Shown here: positions 58,859 to 64,000 of the stretch, in pieces | Layout: the number at the start of each line of letters is the position of its first letter | How positions within the stretch are numbered: the first letter of the stretch is position 1 | Source: Leucoraja erinacea | Lineage: Eukaryota | Reading direction: 5' to 3' | Assembly: GCF_028641065.1 (NCBI RefSeq) | Contig: NW_026576276.1 | Coordinates: 1-64,000, forward strand | DNA length: 64,000 bases | Notes under the pieces: model-generated | The model's input: the letters and a program-made list of their open reading frames with translations, nothing else | Database searches by the model: none | What the model was told of the DNA's origin: nothing | Program-made: the position numbers and the translations under genes

Positions 58859-59893
58859 ATGATAATGGAGGATTTTGTGAATTTAACCCAGCAGTGCGCG
58901 CCCCATGAAGAGAGCAGCTCAGCATACAACTCGCCGATCATCATTATTACATGCATCCTCGGCTTCATTGGCAACGCCATTGCTTTGTGGATCTTCTGCT
59001 TTCATGTCAAGACCTGGAAACCGAACACGGTCTATTCCCTGAACCTGGCGATTGCGGATACACTTTTAATCTGCTGCCTCCCTTTCCGTGCCGGCTACTA
59101 CATACGCAAGAAGGACTGGATCTTTGGAGATGTGGCCTGTCGCCTGAACATCTTCATGATCTCTTTAAACCGCATTGGCAGCATCATCTTCCTGATGGTG
59201 ATAGCCATCGACCGCTACTTTAAGGTGGTCCATCCCCAGCACAAGGCAAACAAGCTGACCCCGAGGTGTGCGGCCAAGATAGCAGGAGCCCTGTGGGTCA
59301 TGGCGGTGGCAATTTGCACGCACTTGTTGGTGGAGCGGCACGACTTCCAGCGAAACAACTCGACCTTTTGCGAGCCCTTCAACATCGACCACCCTCTGAA
59401 TCCCACCGCAATTTGGACCGACGCCGTGTTTATTTTCTTCAAGTTCATCTTGCCGGTCTCCGTTATACTTTTCTCCACCTCGTGCATCATCTGGAGGTTA
59501 AGGCAGATGGAGAGCGATATGAGAGGGAAATATAAACGTGCCACCAAGCTTGTGATAGCAGTGGCAGCGGTTTTTATAGTCTGTTTCCTGCCCACCAATA
59601 TTGCTGTGGTCGCCGTTTTGATCACTCGACTCAGAAGTTCGGTGGACTGCAAGTCCTATGTCATTGCAGTCAATATCTTTTATAATACTTTATTCATGAC
59701 GTATCTAAACAGCGTTATCGACCCTGTTATTTACTACTTTTCGAGTTCGGCGTTTAAAGGCGCGTTGAAGAAAGCTCTCGCCCCTTTCAACGTCAGTTTG
59801 TCCAAATCAACCACCGATCAAGAAATGGACCCACGCGAGTCTAAAGCAGAACCCTCGAAAGATCGACACCTCAGCTCTGATATACTTCTCTGA
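58859..59893 (+). CDS. Hydroxycarboxylic acid receptor-like class A GPCR (D), intact; probably the most conserved member
   Basis: GNAIALWIFCFHVKTWK, LNLAIAD, CLPFR..YY, DWIFGDVACR, NRIGSIIFL..AIDRYFKVVHP, CFLP, YLNSVIDPVIYYFSS. Confidence 0.95.
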   Translation: MIMEDFVNLTQQCAPHEESSSAYNSPIIIITCILGFIGNAIALWIFCFHVKTWKPNTVYSLNLAIADTLLICCLPFRAGYYIRKKDWIFGDVACRLNIFMISLNRIGSIIFLMVIAIDRYFKVVHPQHKANKLTPRCAAKIAGALWVMAVAICTHLLVERHDFQRNNSTFCEPFNIDHPLNPTAIWTDAVFIFFKFILPVSVILFSTSCIIWRLRQMESDMRGKYKRATKLVIAVAAVFIVCFLPTNIAVVAVLITRLRSSVDCKSYVIAVNIFYNTLFMTYLNSVIDPVIYYFSSSAFKGALKKALAPFNVSLSKSTTDQEMDPRESKAEPSKDRHLSSDILL

Positions 59894-60009
59894 TCACCTG
59901 AGACCACCGTGTCAACTTTGTAAGAAAATAAAATCCCACTCTGCGTTTGGCAGGTGTGACAATGAAAGCACAACTGAACCATTAAACTGGATTCTGCCGT
60001 CAGAGGGTC

Positions 60010-60330
60010 AAAGCGGACACTTCCAGATTTAAGGACAATTTCTTCCCAGCTGTTATCAGGCAACTGAACGATTCTATAAACAACTAGAAAACGGTCCTGA
60101 TCTACTTTCTACATCAGTGGAGACCCTCAGACTATTTTTAATGGGACTTTACTGGACTTTATCTTGCTCTAAACGTTCTTCCCTTCATCATGTATCTACC
60201 TGTACACTGTGAATGGCTCCATTGTAAATATGTATAGTCCTTCCGCTGACTGGTTAGCATGCAACAAAAGCTTTTCATTGTAGCGTATTGCACGTGACAA
60301 TAAACTAAACTAAACTAAACTAACTAACTA
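60010..60330 (+). mobile_element. LINE (Rex1-like) 3' end with (CTAAA)n tail
   Basis: TSRFKDNFFPAVIRQLN-like coding end; AATAAA followed by (ctaaa)n. Confidence 0.6.
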
Positions 60331-60819
60331 TGTGTAGCAACAAACTGCAGGTGCTGGTTTATACCGAAGATAGGCATGTCGTGCTGGAGTAACTCAGCGG
60401 GTCGGGCAGCTTCTGTGGAGAAAAGGGATAGGTGACGTTTCATGTGGGGAGCCTTCTTCTTACTAGATATTGTCATTAAATGCTAACCTGTAAATAAGTA
60501 CAAAAAAATCATGTACATTTTAATCCTTTTGTTAACAGGTTGATTGATCTTAAGTTCTGAAATATATTATCATTTACAATGTCACACTTTGGTGTTGTGG
60601 TGTTCTATTTAAATTCTTTGAAGGGGGTTGTTCCGGAGGAGGTAGAAATGACACTGAGACATGATGTTTAAAGTTCCTTCTTCCTCAGAGATGGGTAAGA
60701 GAGAAGAAGCAGTATGAACATTGACTTCTCAAATTTCTGGAAGCCCTTATTGTCTCCTCCCCTTCTCAACTCTCCATCAGCCCTCTGGCTCCTCCTCTTC
60801 CTTGCCTCTTCCCCCCTGC

Positions 60820-61320
60820 GAAATGAAATGGGCTGACGTGTAGTACGCTACGGAGCGCATCGTGGGCATTTTTTTGCGTCCATTCCAGTAACCGGAACCT
60901 ATCCGACCCGACTCGCGAGGAACAGTTTGTGTGTGATATAGGGTTAGATTCATAATTCTGTTAGTTCATAATTCTGTTAATTCTTGTTAAAGAATATAAT
61001 TTGACTCTGGTAATTTTCTTTTTTAATGTTTTTTAAATCATTTCTTTTTAAATGGCTCATAAGCTGTGTTTGAATTGATTTTGTAGTAACCGGAACCTAC
61101 CCGACCGACCCGACTCCCAGCGTAATCAACGTTGCGGGGGAACAGTTTGTGTGTGTGATATAGGGTTAGTTCATAATTATGTTCCTTCATAATTCTATTA
61201 ATTCTTGTTAAAGAATTGTTAAATAAAATGTTTATAAAATTTGACTGGTAATTTTTGATGTTTTTTAAATCATTTGTTTTTAAATGGCTCATATGCTGTG
61301 TTTGAGTTGATTTTGTATTA
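60820..61320. repeat. Unclassified repeat with an internal ~200-bp tandem duplication
   Basis: agtaaccggaaccta..gacccgactc..gaacagtttgtgtgtgatatagggttag..aaatggctcata occurs twice (from ~60886 and ~61085). Confidence 0.6.
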
Positions 61321-62169
61321 CACTTGCAATCTGTAATTCATTCATCTAATCACACTGTTCACAACTGCAGTATTTGGGAAAATAATAGCAATATGAAGAT
61401 TCCAGTTGCTCTAGTCCTGGAATGTTACTTAATGTTTTTGTGTCTATGGAGTTGTTTCTAAACAATAAAATGGGTCTGGTCTTCCCTATAGAGGGGTTGC
61501 ACGTAAGGTCACTGGGTCATAGGGCCAGGAAACCAGAAGCAAAAGTTACTCCAGGGAGTTACTCCAGCTCCAGGGAGCGATTCTGCGTTGGTTTTCAGCG
61601 GTCACGGCGAGGCGGCGACTGGATAGCAATGGTGGCCAGATCTCCCACAAATCAAAGCGAGGGAGCAAGTGCCCAGCGCCGAACAGTTGCTGCGGCAGTG
61701 CGCATGCGCAGGGCAGCCGATGATGTGCTGGCCGTGGTTGTGCACATGTGCAGGGGGAGGATGTGCTGGATGTAACAATGCGCATGTGCAAGGCGACATG
61801 CCGTGCCGGCGGATGAGGAGCGTGCGGAGAGCGGAGCCCGGCAGCCCAGACACGGATACGGGGCGGGGGTGGGGGGACGGAGAGGGAAAGGGAGGAGGAG
61901 GAGCCAGAGGGGGGCCCGCCCATGGGAGGAGACAGCAAGGTGTTCTGCCTTGGCCCACTGGCCCCCTAGATTTTGAGCCTTGCTTCAGCCTGCTGACCTC
62001 AGTGGTAAATCTGGCTCTCTCCTCCCCCATAGATCTCGAGGCCTGTAAGTCTTCAGCCTATGACCCCCTGTAACGTAAATCCGGCCCTGCTCAGCGGGTC
62101 AAGTCAAATCAATTTTATTTCTATAGCACATTTAAAAATAACTCTCGTTGACTAAAGTGCTTTACATCA

Positions 62170-63960
62170 GTGCAGTCAAGTCAAGTCAAGTTTATTTGTC
62201 ACATACACATACGAGATGTGCAGTGAAATGAAAGTGGCAATGCTCGCGGACTTTAGTGCAAAAGACAAACAACAAAACAACCAAACAAATTATAAACACA
62301 ATCATAACACACATATTCTTTTACATAATAAATAATGGAAGGAAAAACATTCTGTAGAGTTAGTCCCTGGTGAGAAAGGCGTTTACAGTCCGAATTGCCT
62401 CTGGGAAGAAACACCTTCTCAACCTCTCCGTTCTCACTGCATGGCAACGGAGGCGTTTGCCTGACCGTAGCGGCTGGAACAGACCGTTGCAGGGGTGGAA
62501 GAGGTCTCTCATGATTTTGTTTGCCGGAAGTAGAACTCCTGTTGTATAACTTCCGTCGGGGGGTCAAGTGAAGTTCCATTCTGCGTTCCCCTGGCCGAAC
62601 GCACTCTCTCTCTCTGCATGGCCTGCCATGTCCTTGGCTGAGCGCGCCGAACCAAAGCTGTAATGTTCGCGCCAACAAGATGCTTTCCACGCCGCCTGCT
62701 GAAGCACTGTACCCCACTGACGAGCACCAGGCTGCCACCCTCTCCATTGCACCATCAGGTGGTAAAGACCTGTCCTTGCCCTACCTGACCGAGCCTGCTG
62801 AGGCGTGTTGATGCCCATGTCATATCCTCAGATTTTGTGGACTCCCTAATATTTAAAACCAGTTCACCCTATCCACAGGATCCCCATTTAAACTCAATGG
62901 AGTGTACGTCCTCGGATGATGTGCCCTCCTAAAGTCCATGATCAGCTCCTTCGTTTTTTTGATGTTCAAGAGGAGGCTGTTCTCCTGGCACCAGAGTGCT
63001 AGATCAGCCACCTCCTCCCGGTAGGCCTTCTCATCATTGTCTGAGATCAGGCCCACCACCACAGTGTCATCAGCAAACTTAATTATTGAATTAGAGCTGA
63101 AGACGCAACCCTGTGGCGATCCTGTGCTCAGGGTGAGGAACTTTGATGTATTCCCTCCCATCTTGACTACCTGGGGCCTGGCGGTGAGAAAGTCCAGGAC
63201 CCAGGCACACAGGGAGGTGTTGAGCCCCAATTCCATGCCTGCCTATTTGTAGGTTGGTGGGAGACTATCGTGTTGAAGGCTGAACTGTAGCCCTATGAAC
63301 AGCATCCTCACGTAGCCCCCCTTCTGGCTGTCCAGACTGGAGAGAGCAGTTCCTGCAAGACCTGGGAGACCGCATCGTCCGTGGACCTGTTCGGACGGTA
63401 TGCAAACTGCAACGGGTCCATGTTCCAAGGGAGGAAGGCGCAGATGTGATTCTTCACCAGCCTCTCAAAGCATTTCATGACTACCGAGGTAAGGGCCACC
63501 GGACGGTAGTCATTCAGGCAGGCTGGGGAGGAATTTTTTGGTACCGGTACAATGATGGATTTTTTGAAGCAGGCAGGGACCACGGACTTGTCCAGGGAGA
63601 GGTTGAATAATGTAGTGAGCACTGGAGCTAGCTGCGTAGCACAGGACTTGAGTACTCGCCCCGAGATGCCACCGGGGCCTGCAGCTTTTCTCGTGTTCAC
63701 CCGTGTCAGTGCCCTCCTCACGTCGTGCTCGGACAGCGAGAATGTGTGCATATTCCTCCCTTCAGCTTCGGTAGCCAGCCCGCTGTCGGTATTGTCGATA
63801 GTCGGCAGACCTGGAGTGGTGTTGCCCCTCTCGAAACGAGCGTAGAAGGAGTTCAGGTCGTCAGCTAGGGAGGTGCCAGCACATGCGGGTGAGGGAGGGG
63901 TGCTTCGGTAGTTGGTTACAATCCGTAGCCCCTGCCACAGGCTTCTGGTGCAGGTACTAA
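62170..63960 (-). mobile_element. Rex1/Babar-like non-LTR retrotransposon (RT), rearranged
   Basis: ORFs 63308-63751 (KAAGP, LNDYRPVALTSVVMKCFERLV, DPLQFAYRPNRSTDDA) and 62853-63236 ([14 protein letters not shown]); (caagt)n tail at ~62175. Confidence 0.9.
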
Positions 63961-64000
63961 TGTCTACAAACAGTAGTACATAGATCTAACAATACATACA

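Noticed and set aside
58859-59893. Assigning a specific symbol (HCAR1, HCAR2 or OXER1)
   Set aside because: Motifs are mixed between HCAR and OXER1; orthology needs phylogeny and synteny

Overview
Eukaryotic, repeat-dense vertebrate genomic DNA. The HE1/V-SINE-type SINEs, CR1 LINEs with (TTCTATGT)n tails and Penelope-derived palindromes suggest a cartilaginous fish such as a skate or ray (inference). The only host genes are a cluster of intronless class A GPCRs of the hydroxycarboxylic-acid-receptor (HCAR/OXER1) clade, evolving by birth and death. Three ORFs are intact (21074-22093 +, 54138-55136 -, 58859-59893 +), one has a single homopolymer frameshift (28237-29257 +), and about eight are pseudogenes or remnants. 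Much of the cluster sits in a recent ~7.15 kb unit repeated three times in tandem (~16337-40850). The rest is transposable elements: a decayed ERV with a tRNA-Ser PBS, a DIRS element with intact ends that carries U2 snRNA sequence, a near-intact L1, CR1, Rex1/Babar, Penelope, hAT, Tc1, Helitron, solo LTRs, a THAP-domain palindrome, and a TIR element that appears to have captured TDP2 exon 1. All identifications are by eye; no database searches were run.
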